Both the position numbers and the translations under genes were made by a program. A stretch of 64,000 bases of DNA from Polyangiales bacterium (GTDB taxonomy: Bacteria > Myxococcota_A > Polyangia > Polyangiales > Polyangiaceae). The DNA lies in contig JBBRNJ010000023.1 of NCBI GenBank assembly GCA_038230375.1, positions 32,001 through 96,000 of the forward strand, given 5' to 3'. A model generated the notes under the pieces. The model was not told where the DNA came from. It worked only from the letters and a program-made list of their open reading frames with translations, and did no database searches. Below are positions 7,235-16,062 of this stretch, one piece after another (the first letter of the stretch is position 1; each line of letters opens with the position of its first letter).

Positions 7235-9219
7235 CAGAACCGCTCCTCCCTGTACCCCATGCGCAGCTTCTCCGCCGTCGCACGCACGATTTTCCCGAGG
7301 CCCGGCGGCCCACAGAAGAAGACCTGCACCTTCTCTCCGGCGTGCACGTGTGCGATGCGGCCGAGCCACGTCTGGAAGTCCGGCGGACCAAAGTGCGTCT
7401 TCGTGCGGAGGCCCGTGATGATGTCGCTGCGTCCCTTCTGGTGCATCACCTGGCGCGCCAGGTCGAGCCCGAGCGACGTCACGCCGCTGCGTGCGCCCGT
7501 CATGCACAGGTTCACTTCCAGCATGCCGCGCTGGTCCGTCTTCTCGAGATCGGAGAGCAGGCTCGTGAACCACTCGAACGAGTACTGGTCCTTGTTGAGC
7601 CAGAAGAAATGGACCTTCTCGAGCTTCGAAGGGCGGTCGCTCTGGCCGTTGCCGCGCAGCACGATGCTCTCCAGCACGCTCGCGAACGGCGTCACGCCGA
7701 TGCCCGCGCCGATGAGCACGCAGACCTTCGAGTTGAAGATGTGCGCGCTTGGAGAGCCGTACGGACCGTCCACATGGGCGACGTCCGGCGGGGCGCCCAT
7801 GTCGATGTGATGGCGGAGCGCGTGCGTCCAGTTGCCGAGCACGCGTACGTGGAAGGAGAGCTCCTCGGCCTCGGGCGCGCTGGAGATGGTGAACGGATGC
7901 CACTCATGCTTCGCGACTGCCGGGACCTTGATGAAGGCGTAGTCACCCGCGCTGAAGTCGAACCCCTTCGGCTTCTGCAGGCGAAGCTGGGTCACGCCGG
8001 ACCGGAGCGGCTCCGCAAGCAAGATGGGGCTCTCCTTGCCGCGCCGTACCAGGCGAAGGATCTGCTCCACGACGAACCCGGCGATGGGAACGCCCGCATA
8101 GAAGAGGAAGTTCGGCGCGTGCGCGATCGCGAGGCCCAGCCACACCACGTAGAGGAGGTGCGTGAAGTAGAAGAGCTCGAAGCGCGCGCTGCGGCGCACG
8201 AAGCCGAGTGAGAAGAGCCACATCACGGCGAAGACGACCAGCAAGATGCCGCCGGTGGCGCCGCGCGCGGACATCATCACGTGGAAGAGAGGCAGTGAGG
8301 TGTGCCCCGCGCCATAGGCGACCACGAACGCGGCGACGTGCGCGCACGCCAGCGCGAAGAGCGAGTGCCCGACGAGCTTGTGGAATGCAATGGCGTGATC
8401 CACCGGGATCGCGCGGCCCAGCCAAGTGGCGCGCGCGCGCGAGAGCAGACGACGCATCATCGGCACGAGGATGAGCGCGCCGTTGAGATCCAGGCACGCG
8501 CCGAGTGCACGCCCGACCTGTACGAGCGGGTTCGTGCCGGGCGCGAGCATCTCCGTCTTGCCGATCGACGACATGAACACGGCGACGTTTGCGATCATCC
8601 ACAGCACGACGATCACCACGGGCGCCGCGCCGGTCGCGAGCATCTGGCCCATCCCCGAGCGCTGGCCCTTGCCCCAGGCACCGACGCCCTCGAAGAGGTC
8701 CTCGTTCGGGGCGATCCAGGTCGCCTCGCTGCGGGTCATGCGCCACAGCAGGTCGGGGTGCTTCTGCATCACGGCGGACAGCTCGTCGAAGCTGACGCGG
8801 CCGTCCTTGTTCGCGTCCGCTGCGTGGAGCAGGGCTGCGACCAGCTGCTCGGGTGGCTGCGTGTCGCGCGCGACCACCGTGCTCTCGGCCAGGCTGAGCG
8901 TCACCATGCGAAGGAGCTCGCTCCGGTCGAGTGTGCCGTCGCCGTCGTGGTCCATCAGGCGGAACGCAAACAGGAGCTTCTCCTGAGGAGTGCCGAGCAC
9001 GAGCTTCTTCACGGCGGACAGGAACTCCTCCCTGTCGATCGTGCCGCTGCCGTTCGTATCGAAGAGGGAGAAGACGCGCTTCGCGAGGTACTCGCTCTTG
9101 AGACCGAGCGCTGCTTGCAGTTCCCCGGGATCGATCACGGCATCCGCGCCAGCAAGCCGAGCGAACGACCGCTCCAGCTTCTTCAGCAGCGCGCTGTCGA
9201 TCTCGGACGGGGAGCCCAC
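7234..9219 (-). CDS. EF-hand NADPH oxidase (NOX5/RBOH-like ferric reductase family flavocytochrome)
   Basis: EF-hands DTNGSGTIDREE, DHDGDGTLDRSE, DANKDGRVSFDE plus a degenerate first one; 6 TM helices with heme His pairs FHK...AH and THLL...AH; FAD motif HPFTISS; VDGPYG; NADPH motif GAGIGVTPF; FFCGP; terminal EERF. Confidence 0.95.
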   Translation of the reverse strand: MGSPSEIDSALLKKLERSFARLAGADAVIDPGELQAALGLKSEYLAKRVFSLFDTNGSGTIDREEFLSAVKKLVLGTPQEKLLFAFRLMDHDGDGTLDRSELLRMVTLSLAESTVVARDTQPPEQLVAALLHAADANKDGRVSFDELSAVMQKHPDLLWRMTRSEATWIAPNEDLFEGVGAWGKGQRSGMGQMLATGAAPVVIVVLWMIANVAVFMSSIGKTEMLAPGTNPLVQVGRALGACLDLNGALILVPMMRRLLSRARATWLGRAIPVDHAIAFHKLVGHSLFALACAHVAAFVVAYGAGHTSLPLFHVMMSARGATGGILLVVFAVMWLFSLGFVRRSARFELFYFTHLLYVVWLGLAIAHAPNFLFYAGVPIAGFVVEQILRLVRRGKESPILLAEPLRSGVTQLRLQKPKGFDFSAGDYAFIKVPAVAKHEWHPFTISSAPEAEELSFHVRVLGNWTHALRHHIDMGAPPDVAHVDGPYGSPSAHIFNSKVCVLIGAGIGVTPFASVLESIVLRGNGQSDRPSKLEKVHFFWLNKDQYSFEWFTSLLSDLEKTDQRGMLEVNLCMTGARSGVTSLGLDLARQVMHQKGRSDIITGLRTKTHFGPPDFQTWLGRIAHVHAGEKVQVFFCGPPGLGKIVRATAEKLRMGYREERF

Positions 9220-9272
9220 AAGGCGCGCGAGTCTAGGCCGCGAGCGTCGCTTTCGTCTATGCTGGCCGCCTC

Positions 9273-10505
9273 ATGAACCGCCTGGTCATTTCTTCCTCGC
9301 TCGTCGCTCTGATCACGCTTGCGCTCGTCGCCTGCACTCCCGCGGAGCCGCCCACGCTGCCCACCGCCGCGCCTCCCGCCAAGACCGAGCTCGGTCAGAA
9401 GGAGCTCAACGCCCGCGCCCAGGAGGTCTCGACGGAGCTCGACGATCTCCACGCGGCCGCCGCTGCGGCTGACGAGAACCGCTACTTCGGGCACTTCGCT
9501 CCGAACGCCGTGTTCCTTGGCACGGACGCGAAGGAGCGCTGGGACCTGGCTGCGTTCCGCGCCTATGCGCATCCGCACTTCGCAGCAGGGCACGGCTGGG
9601 CGTACAAGGCGTCGCGGCGCGCGGTGTCGTTCAACGCGGACGGCAGCGTGGGCTACTTCGACGAGGACCTCACGAGCGCGCGCATCGGACCCACGCGCGG
9701 CAGCGGCGTGCTCATCCGCAACGGCAGCCGCTATGTGATTGTACAATACAACCTTTCGCTCGTGATCCCGAACGAGCGCGTGGACGCGGTGCGCAAGGCC
9801 ATCGCGGGCGACGCGAAGCTCGAGGCGACCATGGACGACCTGCGCGGGCGTCACAAGGCAGCGTACGACGCGGCGGTGGAAGGCGCGGGCGCGGGCAACC
9901 TGGGCGCCGCGCGCGCTGGTCTTTCCGCGCTGGTGCGTGAGGCCAAGAGCCACCCCGAGGACGACCTGGAGTTCTGGCTCCACAACGAGCTCACCTGGGT
10001 GCACTGGGCAGAGGGCGATCTCACCGCCGCGCTCGCCGAGGTCGAAGAGGCCCGCGCCGCCGCCGATCATTCGGTCCTGCCCGAGGAGAAGAAGAACAAG
10101 CTGCGCCTGCACGAGAAATGGGACCGCAGCTACTTGCTCCTCGAGCTCGCGATGACCGGCAAGGCGGAGAACAAACAGAAGGTGCTCGCGGCAGCCACCG
10201 CAGCGAAGGCCGACTACGACGCGCTCGCGACCAGAGAGAAGGACAACGATGGTGCCGCGGTGCTCGCCACGTTCTTCGCGGAGCGGCAAGGACAGGGAAA
10301 GCAAGCCGCCACGTTCGGCAAGAAGGTCGACCTGGAGAAGGACTCGGACGTGCAGGATCTCTACGTCCTGGCGCGCGCCTACGAGGCGTCGGGGGACAAG
10401 GACCTCGCAGTGAAGGCCAACACGAAGATCTGCGCCGCGAAGCCGTACCTCATGAAGCCTCTGATCGTCGCGCAACGAAAACGCGAAGGCCACGGCTGCC
10501 AGTAG
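9273..10505 (+). CDS. Lipoprotein with SnoaL/NTF2-like domain fused to a TPR-like helical domain
   Basis: Lipobox LVAC; FLGTDAKERW...GW.Y...FDE...RGSGVL...QYNLS (SnoaL_3-like); Ala-rich helical C-terminal half. Confidence 0.75.
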   Translation: MNRLVISSSLVALITLALVACTPAEPPTLPTAAPPAKTELGQKELNARAQEVSTELDDLHAAAAAADENRYFGHFAPNAVFLGTDAKERWDLAAFRAYAHPHFAAGHGWAYKASRRAVSFNADGSVGYFDEDLTSARIGPTRGSGVLIRNGSRYVIVQYNLSLVIPNERVDAVRKAIAGDAKLEATMDDLRGRHKAAYDAAVEGAGAGNLGAARAGLSALVREAKSHPEDDLEFWLHNELTWVHWAEGDLTAALAEVEEARAAADHSVLPEEKKNKLRLHEKWDRSYLLLELAMTGKAENKQKVLAAATAAKADYDALATREKDNDGAAVLATFFAERQGQGKQAATFGKKVDLEKDSDVQDLYVLARAYEASGDKDLAVKANTKICAAKPYLMKPLIVAQRKREGHGCQ

Positions 10506-10551
10506 GGGCCGAGGGGCCACGGCAGCTCCTACTCACGTAGCGGCGTCAGGC

Positions 10552-11556
10552 TCACGCTTGTGTTCTCCTCCGCTCCACGCGGGCGACCCGGACATCGTAG
10601 CTCTTGTAGAGGCGGCTTCTGCCCAGGGCTTGCGCCTCTCGATGCTGGCCGTGCGTGCGCCACGCGGCGATCGCGTCCATCGAGTCCCAGTAGGACACGG
10701 TGATCCCGAATCCATCCGCATTGCGCGCGCCACGAATGCCCAGGAATCCAGGCTGCGAGTGTGCGAGATCGCTCATGCGCGCCGCCATGGCATCGTATTC
10801 GGTCCGCTCCTCCGGTCGAGCAAGCTGGCTCTCGAAGATCACCGCCCAGCACGCTGCTTCAGGCACCTGTTCGGCTGGCGTCACGCCGCTCGCGACCTCT
10901 GGGCCGGTGATGGGCGAGATCTGCGCGGGTCGGCCCACCGCCTCCGCCGCTGCCTCGAGATACCAGCGATCCACGATGGGGTTCGCGCGCATCGTCTCGA
11001 CGTACGCTCGTGTCTCCGCGCTCACGTCGTGCTGGTACGAGATGATGCGCGTGACGACGGGCGCGAACATCGCGTCCGCGACGGAGAACTTCCCGCAGAG
11101 GTAGGGACCGCCGAAGCGTGCGCGCCCCTCGGTCACGATCGCATCGAAGCGCGCGACGTCACACCGCGTGGCAGGGTCCACGTGCGGAAGGGGTGCTCTG
11201 CGTGCCAGGTTCATGGGGCAGTTCCGCCGCAGGTCAGCGAGCCCGGAGTGCATCTCCGCGCTCACCGCTCGCGCCCAGGCTCGCGCCGCCCGATCGTCTG
11301 GCCAGAGCCGCGCGTCCGGGAAGAGCTCCGCGATGTACTCGGCGATCGCGAGCGAGTCCCACACGGTGACCTTGCCATCGCGAAGGAGCGGCACCTTGCC
11401 TGTCGGGCTCACGACGCGAAGGCCTTCGCGGAAGGTGGCATCTTGCGGCCAGTGCATCACCTCGCGGAAGGTGGCGCCGGCGCTCACCAGGAGCAGCCAG
11501 GGTCGCATCGACCAGGATGAGTAGTTCTTCTGGAACATGTGTAGCTCGAGATCCAT
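10552..11556 (-). CDS. Glutathione S-transferase fused to an antibiotic biosynthesis monooxygenase (ABM) domain
   Basis: N-terminal NYSSWSMRPW, SPTGKVP, WDSLAI; C-terminal AVIF...QPGFLG...GITVSYW...W...H..AQ..G. Confidence 0.85.
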   Translation of the reverse strand: MDLELHMFQKNYSSWSMRPWLLLVSAGATFREVMHWPQDATFREGLRVVSPTGKVPLLRDGKVTVWDSLAIAEYIAELFPDARLWPDDRAARAWARAVSAEMHSGLADLRRNCPMNLARRAPLPHVDPATRCDVARFDAIVTEGRARFGGPYLCGKFSVADAMFAPVVTRIISYQHDVSAETRAYVETMRANPIVDRWYLEAAAEAVGRPAQISPITGPEVASGVTPAEQVPEAACWAVIFESQLARPEERTEYDAMAARMSDLAHSQPGFLGIRGARNADGFGITVSYWDSMDAIAAWRTHGQHREAQALGRSRLYKSYDVRVARVERRRTQA

Positions 11557-11591
11557 GCGCCGGAGCTTGCTGGATCAGGGGGCCGGCGTCC

Positions 11592-11607
11592 TCTGCAAAA
11601 ATGCAGA
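11592..11607. promoter_or_regulatory. Inverted repeat, candidate LysR-type operator
   Basis: TCTGCA-AAAA-TGCAGA between the divergent GST and LysR genes. Confidence 0.5.
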
Positions 11608-11640
11608 CCCCCTCGTGAAACGCGCCGTACGATGGCCGCG

Positions 11641-12534
11641 ATGTTCGAGTGGTCCGATCTCAGGCACTTCCTGTCGATCCATCGCACTGGCAACCTGTCG
11701 GCTGCGTCGCGCGAGCTCGCGGTGAACCAGACCACGGTGGGGCGTCATCTGGGTCAGCTCGAGGAGGCCCTTGGCACCCGCCTGTTCGATCGCAACCCCG
11801 ACGGGTTCGTGCTGACCGCCGCCGGGCAGGAGCTCTTGCCGATTGCGGAGCGTGTCGAGGCAGAGGCACTGGCACTGGAGCGACTCACGAAGGGCCGCGA
11901 TCGCAAGACGGAGGGGCTGGTCCGCATCACGACCACGGAGGTCCTGGGAAGCCGATACCTGGCGCCACGCCTGCGCGCCTTCCACGAGCGATACCCAGGT
12001 GTGCGCGTGGACATCCAGACCGCCTTCCGCGCGCTGAACCTCACGCGACACGAAGCGGACGTCGCGCTTCGCATCTTGCCCACCGCGCAGTCGTCGCTGC
12101 TGGTCCGGAAGGCGGGCGTGATCGCTTACGCGATCTATGCCGGCCGTGGCTACGTGGAGCGTCGAGGGGCACCGCGCACCAGGGCGGAGCTCGCGCGGCA
12201 TGTGCTGCTCGGATACGACGAGAGCATGGATGGCGCCGCCGAGGCGCAGTGGATGCAAGAGGCGCGGGGTACGCGTCCCTACGCGCTCTGCTCGAACAGC
12301 ACCAACACGCTGCTGGCGGGCGTGCGCGCCGACATGGGCGTCGCGCTACTGCCGTGTTTCGCGGCCGACCGTCAGGAGGGCGTCGTTCGCGTGCTGGACG
12401 GAGGAACGGTGCTCACGCGCGATCTCTGGCTCGTGGCTCACAAGGATCTGGCGCGGGTCCCGCGCGTGCGCGCCTTGATGAAGTACCTGGCGGATGCGAT
12501 CCGCGAGGACACGGCAATGCTGATGGGCCGGTGA
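11641..12534 (+). CDS. LysR-family transcriptional regulator
   Basis: WSDLRHF...GNLSAASREL.VNQTTV.R.L..LE..LG..LF.R helix-turn-helix; EADVALR. Confidence 0.95.
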   Translation: MFEWSDLRHFLSIHRTGNLSAASRELAVNQTTVGRHLGQLEEALGTRLFDRNPDGFVLTAAGQELLPIAERVEAEALALERLTKGRDRKTEGLVRITTTEVLGSRYLAPRLRAFHERYPGVRVDIQTAFRALNLTRHEADVALRILPTAQSSLLVRKAGVIAYAIYAGRGYVERRGAPRTRAELARHVLLGYDESMDGAAEAQWMQEARGTRPYALCSNSTNTLLAGVRADMGVALLPCFAADRQEGVVRVLDGGTVLTRDLWLVAHKDLARVPRVRALMKYLADAIREDTAMLMGR

Positions 12535-12558
12535 GAGGACGTCGTGTAGCCTCCGGTC

Positions 12559-13419
12559 ATGCGGACCTTGGTCGTTGCTTTCGGCGCGGTGTGCGTCCTC
12601 GTTTCGGCGCCCGCATGGGCGGACGCGCTTCCGCCCCCGATGCGGTGTCCGCCGGGCAAGGTCGCGATCACGAGTCACGGTGGCAGCAGCTGCATTGATG
12701 CGAGGCCGTCGTGCCCGTCGACGAAGGTCGCGCTACGCAACGGGCCCGGCTGGGGCTGCGCGGATCCGGCGCCGAAGAACTGCGCGAACGGCTGGCACGG
12801 AGTGACGTCGCTGCAGGGCGGCCCCGAGTGCGTGCTCGCGGAGTGCGGAGACCACACGTCGTGCAACACGGGCGAGAGCTGTGTGGATCATCCACTCTGC
12901 GTCGAGGAGCAGGATCGCCTCATGTACGGCGATGACCAAGATCGTTCGGTGAGAAGCCCGCTCGTCGCAGGTCCCCCGCACGTGGTGCGGGTGAAGGTCA
13001 CGACTGGCATCTGCCCCGCGCCAGGGGAGGCGACACCGGCGGATTTTGCGTGCAAGACGTGTGAGGCGCGGAAACTGTGCGTGCGCCCAGGGGTCGCCGT
13101 GGCCTTCGCGCCGACGGGGAAGGGGACAACGGCGGGGACAACGACTTCGACGTCGACAACGACTTCGACAACGACCCCGACTTCGACAACGACCCCGACG
13201 TCGACAACGACCTCGACCTCGACCCCGACCTCGACCCCGACCTCGACCCCGACCTCGACCTCGACCCCGACCTCGACCCAGCCTGCGCCTGTGCAGCCTG
13301 CGCCCGCGGGTCGCGGTAGCTGTGACGTCGCTGGTGGTGCTGCGAGCCCGCTGCTCTCGTTGCTCTTCGCGGCAACGTTTGCGTCGCTCTACGGTCTTCG
13401 GAGGCGTAAGGCACGATGA
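12559..13419 (+). CDS. Cys-rich surface protein with Thr/Ser/Pro stalk and MYXO-CTERM-like anchor
   Basis: Signal peptide AWA|D; many Cys; C-terminal GSC + hydrophobic helix + RRRK. Confidence 0.75.
   Translation: MRTLVVAFGAVCVLVSAPAWADALPPPMRCPPGKVAITSHGGSSCIDARPSCPSTKVALRNGPGWGCADPAPKNCANGWHGVTSLQGGPECVLAECGDHTSCNTGESCVDHPLCVEEQDRLMYGDDQDRSVRSPLVAGPPHVVRVKVTTGICPAPGEATPADFACKTCEARKLCVRPGVAVAFAPTGKGTTAGTTTSTSTTTSTTTPTSTTTPTSTTTSTSTPTSTPTSTPTSTSTPTSTQPAPVQPAPAGRGSCDVAGGAASPLLSLLFAATFASLYGLRRRKAR
13141..13278. repeat. Degenerate ACCTCG/ACCCCG repeat encoding the T/S/P stalk
   Basis: Tandem TCGACC / CCGACC units. Confidence 0.9.
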
Positions 13420-13868
13420 CGCTGCTCGGTCCCGCGATTGCGCTGCTGTTTGCTGCGCTCACACGTGCCCCATGCCCTCACGGCGTCTCCGATCCCGTGC
13501 GCGCGACGCTGGTCCGCTCCCTCGTTGTGGGTACACCTGACGGCACACGACTGGCGAGGCTCGCATCGCCGCCACCGATCTGCTTCGCGGATGGCGAAGG
13601 CGGACTGCTCGAAGGGACGGCGATCCTCCCACAAGGGTCGTCTGCAGCAGTGCAGGCTGCGCGCCTTGCGCACGTCTGGCAGCACGCCATCGACGGCGGC
13701 CCCCACGCGACGCCAGCGCCAGGACAAACGTGCGAAGCGTGGCTCGCCGACACCACACGGCTGGAAGCAAGAGCGGATTCCGTTGAAGCGAGCGTGGCCG
13801 CCGCGCTCAGGGTCTCGCCGATCGACCACGCGTCGCGCAACACGGCGTACAAGGCACGATGTCGGTGA
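13416..13868 (+). CDS. Hypothetical secreted protein with degenerate HExxH (AHVWQH)
   Basis: ATGA overlap with the upstream gene; hydrophobic N-terminus. Confidence 0.55.
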   Translation: MTLLGPAIALLFAALTRAPCPHGVSDPVRATLVRSLVVGTPDGTRLARLASPPPICFADGEGGLLEGTAILPQGSSAAVQAARLAHVWQHAIDGGPHATPAPGQTCEAWLADTTRLEARADSVEASVAAALRVSPIDHASRNTAYKARCR

Positions 13869-13883
13869 GGTCGCGGTTGACGC

Positions 13884-14816
13884 CTACCCTCGCACCGTCA
13901 CGGTGCCCTTCATCATCTCCACCGTCATGGGCAGTCCGCCGACCGCTTCTCCGTCCAGATCGAGCAGGAAATGCGGCTTTGCGGCGCGCTCGTTGTCCAG
14001 TGTCAGCGTGATCTTGTCGCCTCGCAGGTGCATCGCGCCCGGCTGCTTCAGGTGGTCGCCTTTGTAGATCGCAGACGACGTGAGCGCGAAGGCGACCTTG
14101 TTCGTGGGACCCAGCGAGATGATCTCGAAGATGCCGTCGCCCGGATCCGCCATGGGCGCCACGTGCATTCCAGAGCCGAAATACTGGCCGTTGCAGATGG
14201 CGAGCATGAAGGTGCGGATGCGGTGCGTCTCCGTCTTGCCCTCGTGCGTGACCTCCGCGCGCACGTGCCCGAGCTCCGCGCGAAGCAGCGCCTTCAGTGA
14301 TGCGCCGAAGTACGCGGCGGCTCCGCCCAGCGCGCGCGACGCGGTCGCCACGTACCGATCCACGAGCCCGCCCATGCCCGCCGAGACGATGTTCACGAAG
14401 TAGCGCGTGCCTTCCTTGCCGTTGTCGTCGAAGGTGACCTTGCCGACGTCGAGCTTGCGTGTCCGCTCGCCGGTGAGCGCGGTGAGGTACGCGTCCAGGC
14501 GATGTTCGAGACCGAGCGTGCGGCGGAAGTCACCGCCGGTGCCCTGACCAATGATGCCGACCTCTGCATTCGTGCCGGACTCGAGTACGCCGCTCACGAT
14601 CTCGCTGAACGTCCCGTCGCCGCCGACCGCGACCACCAGCGTGGCCCCTTTTTTCGCGCCCTCGCGCGCGAGCTCGATGCCGTGGCCCGCGCGCTCGGTG
14701 AAGACGACCTCGTGCTCGCCGAGCTTCGCCTCGATCACCTTGGCGAGCTCGGGCCAGGCGCGCCCGGTCTTGCCGCCTCCCGACTTCGGATTCACGATGA
14801 GCACGGTCTTGCCCAC
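13884..14816 (-). CDS. Diacylglycerol kinase family (YegS/DagK) lipid kinase
   Basis: IVNPKSGGG, VGGDGT..E, GTGGDF, NGQYFGSG, DGE motifs; GTG start. Confidence 0.93.
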   Translation of the reverse strand: MGKTVLIVNPKSGGGKTGRAWPELAKVIEAKLGEHEVVFTERAGHGIELAREGAKKGATLVVAVGGDGTFSEIVSGVLESGTNAEVGIIGQGTGGDFRRTLGLEHRLDAYLTALTGERTRKLDVGKVTFDDNGKEGTRYFVNIVSAGMGGLVDRYVATASRALGGAAAYFGASLKALLRAELGHVRAEVTHEGKTETHRIRTFMLAICNGQYFGSGMHVAPMADPGDGIFEIISLGPTNKVAFALTSSAIYKGDHLKQPGAMHLRGDKITLTLDNERAAKPHFLLDLDGEAVGGLPMTVEMMKGTVTVRG

Positions 14817-14818
14817 GA

Positions 14819-15838
14819 TCAGACGCTCGCTTCGTTCTCTGTGAACGTCTCGGGCCACACGATGCCCCGCGCGCGGAGGTCCTCGACCGTGTCGTACAAG
14901 GTCTCGAGCGGATCGCGCGAGGTCCAGCCGAGCTCCGTCTCTGCCTTCGTCGCGTCCAGATACCAGTAGAACTGCGCCATGTCGAAGCTCACCGCGTCGA
15001 TCGGCATGGCCATGCCGATGCGCGACATGATCTTCTCCGCGACCTCGACACCCACACGCGCGATGACCGGCGCACGCGGCACGGTTAACTTCGGCGCGGG
15101 GATCCCCGACACGCGCGAGAGGCGGCCGAAGAACTCCGACAGCGTCAGGTTGCATGAGCCGATGAGGTACTTCTCGCCCGGCTTGCCCTTCAGCATCGCA
15201 AGGCGCATCGCCTCTGCCGCGTCGCGCACGTCCACGTAGGACAGACCGCCCGCGGGTGTGGCCGGGATCTTCTTCTCGAGGAAGAGGCGCACGTCTTCCG
15301 TGGACGAGCCATTCACGTCGCCCGGGCCGAGGAGCAGCGTCGGGTTCACCGAGATGACCTCGAAGTCCGGCGCGTTCATGTCGAGCGCGGCGCTCTCGGC
15401 GAAGTACTTGGAGCGGTAGTACGGCCAGCGCGCGATCGTCGCGAGCGGCGGCGTGAACGACTCGGTCGCGATGAAATCCGGATTGTCGCTGACGGCGATG
15501 GTGCCGCTGGTGCTCGCGACGACGACGCGCTTGATGCCCGCCTTCTTCGCGGCCCCGAGCGTGGTCTTGGTGCCCTCGACGTGGAGCTTGTAGAGCATCT
15601 CCGCGTCCTCGGTGCGACGCGAGACGCGACCGGCGCAGTGATAGAGCGCATCGCAGCCGCGCGCGGCGGCCTCCACGCTGGGGCCGTCCAGGATGTCGCC
15701 CTCGGCCTGTCGCACACGTGAGTCCACGTCGTGCGTCTTCTTGCGCACGAGCGCAACTACCTCGTCGCCTTGATTCGCGAGGAGGTTCAGGAGATGACGC
15801 CCCAAGAAGCCGGTTCCGCCTGTGACGAGCACGCGCAT
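14819..15838 (-). CDS. NAD-dependent epimerase/dehydratase (dihydroflavonol reductase-like SDR)
   Basis: VTGGTGFLG; YYRSK catalytic YxxxK; VDVRDAA. Confidence 0.92.
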   Translation of the reverse strand: MRVLVTGGTGFLGRHLLNLLANQGDEVVALVRKKTHDVDSRVRQAEGDILDGPSVEAAARGCDALYHCAGRVSRRTEDAEMLYKLHVEGTKTTLGAAKKAGIKRVVVASTSGTIAVSDNPDFIATESFTPPLATIARWPYYRSKYFAESAALDMNAPDFEVISVNPTLLLGPGDVNGSSTEDVRLFLEKKIPATPAGGLSYVDVRDAAEAMRLAMLKGKPGEKYLIGSCNLTLSEFFGRLSRVSGIPAPKLTVPRAPVIARVGVEVAEKIMSRIGMAMPIDAVSFDMAQFYWYLDATKAETELGWTSRDPLETLYDTVEDLRARGIVWPETFTENEASV

Positions 15839-16035
15839 GAGGACCGCGTTCCTACCAGATTCACGCGGCGCGGGGGAGCCGCCCTTCGATCTGTGGACGG
15901 CCGTTCCCACGTGGCTGTGATCCGACGTCGACCGGGAGAAGAGCCTGTCCGCCGCGAACGGAATGACGCGCCGAAATCCACGGGAAATTCAGTCGATTTC
16001 GTCGCACCTCCGGAGTCGATGGCCCTGGCCTGCCG

Positions 16036-16050
16036 TGGCCTGCCTCTTGC
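16036..16050 (+). promoter_or_regulatory. Putative sigma54 promoter
   Basis: TGGCCT-GCCTC-TTGC, 12 nt before ATG 16063. Confidence 0.45.
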
Positions 16051-16062
16051 TCGACATCGAGC

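Noticed and set aside
7235..7903. 462-aa version of the cytochrome ORF overlapping the NOX gene
   Set aside because: The upstream part is an alternative frame of NOX; the lipoprotein signal begins at ATG 7234.
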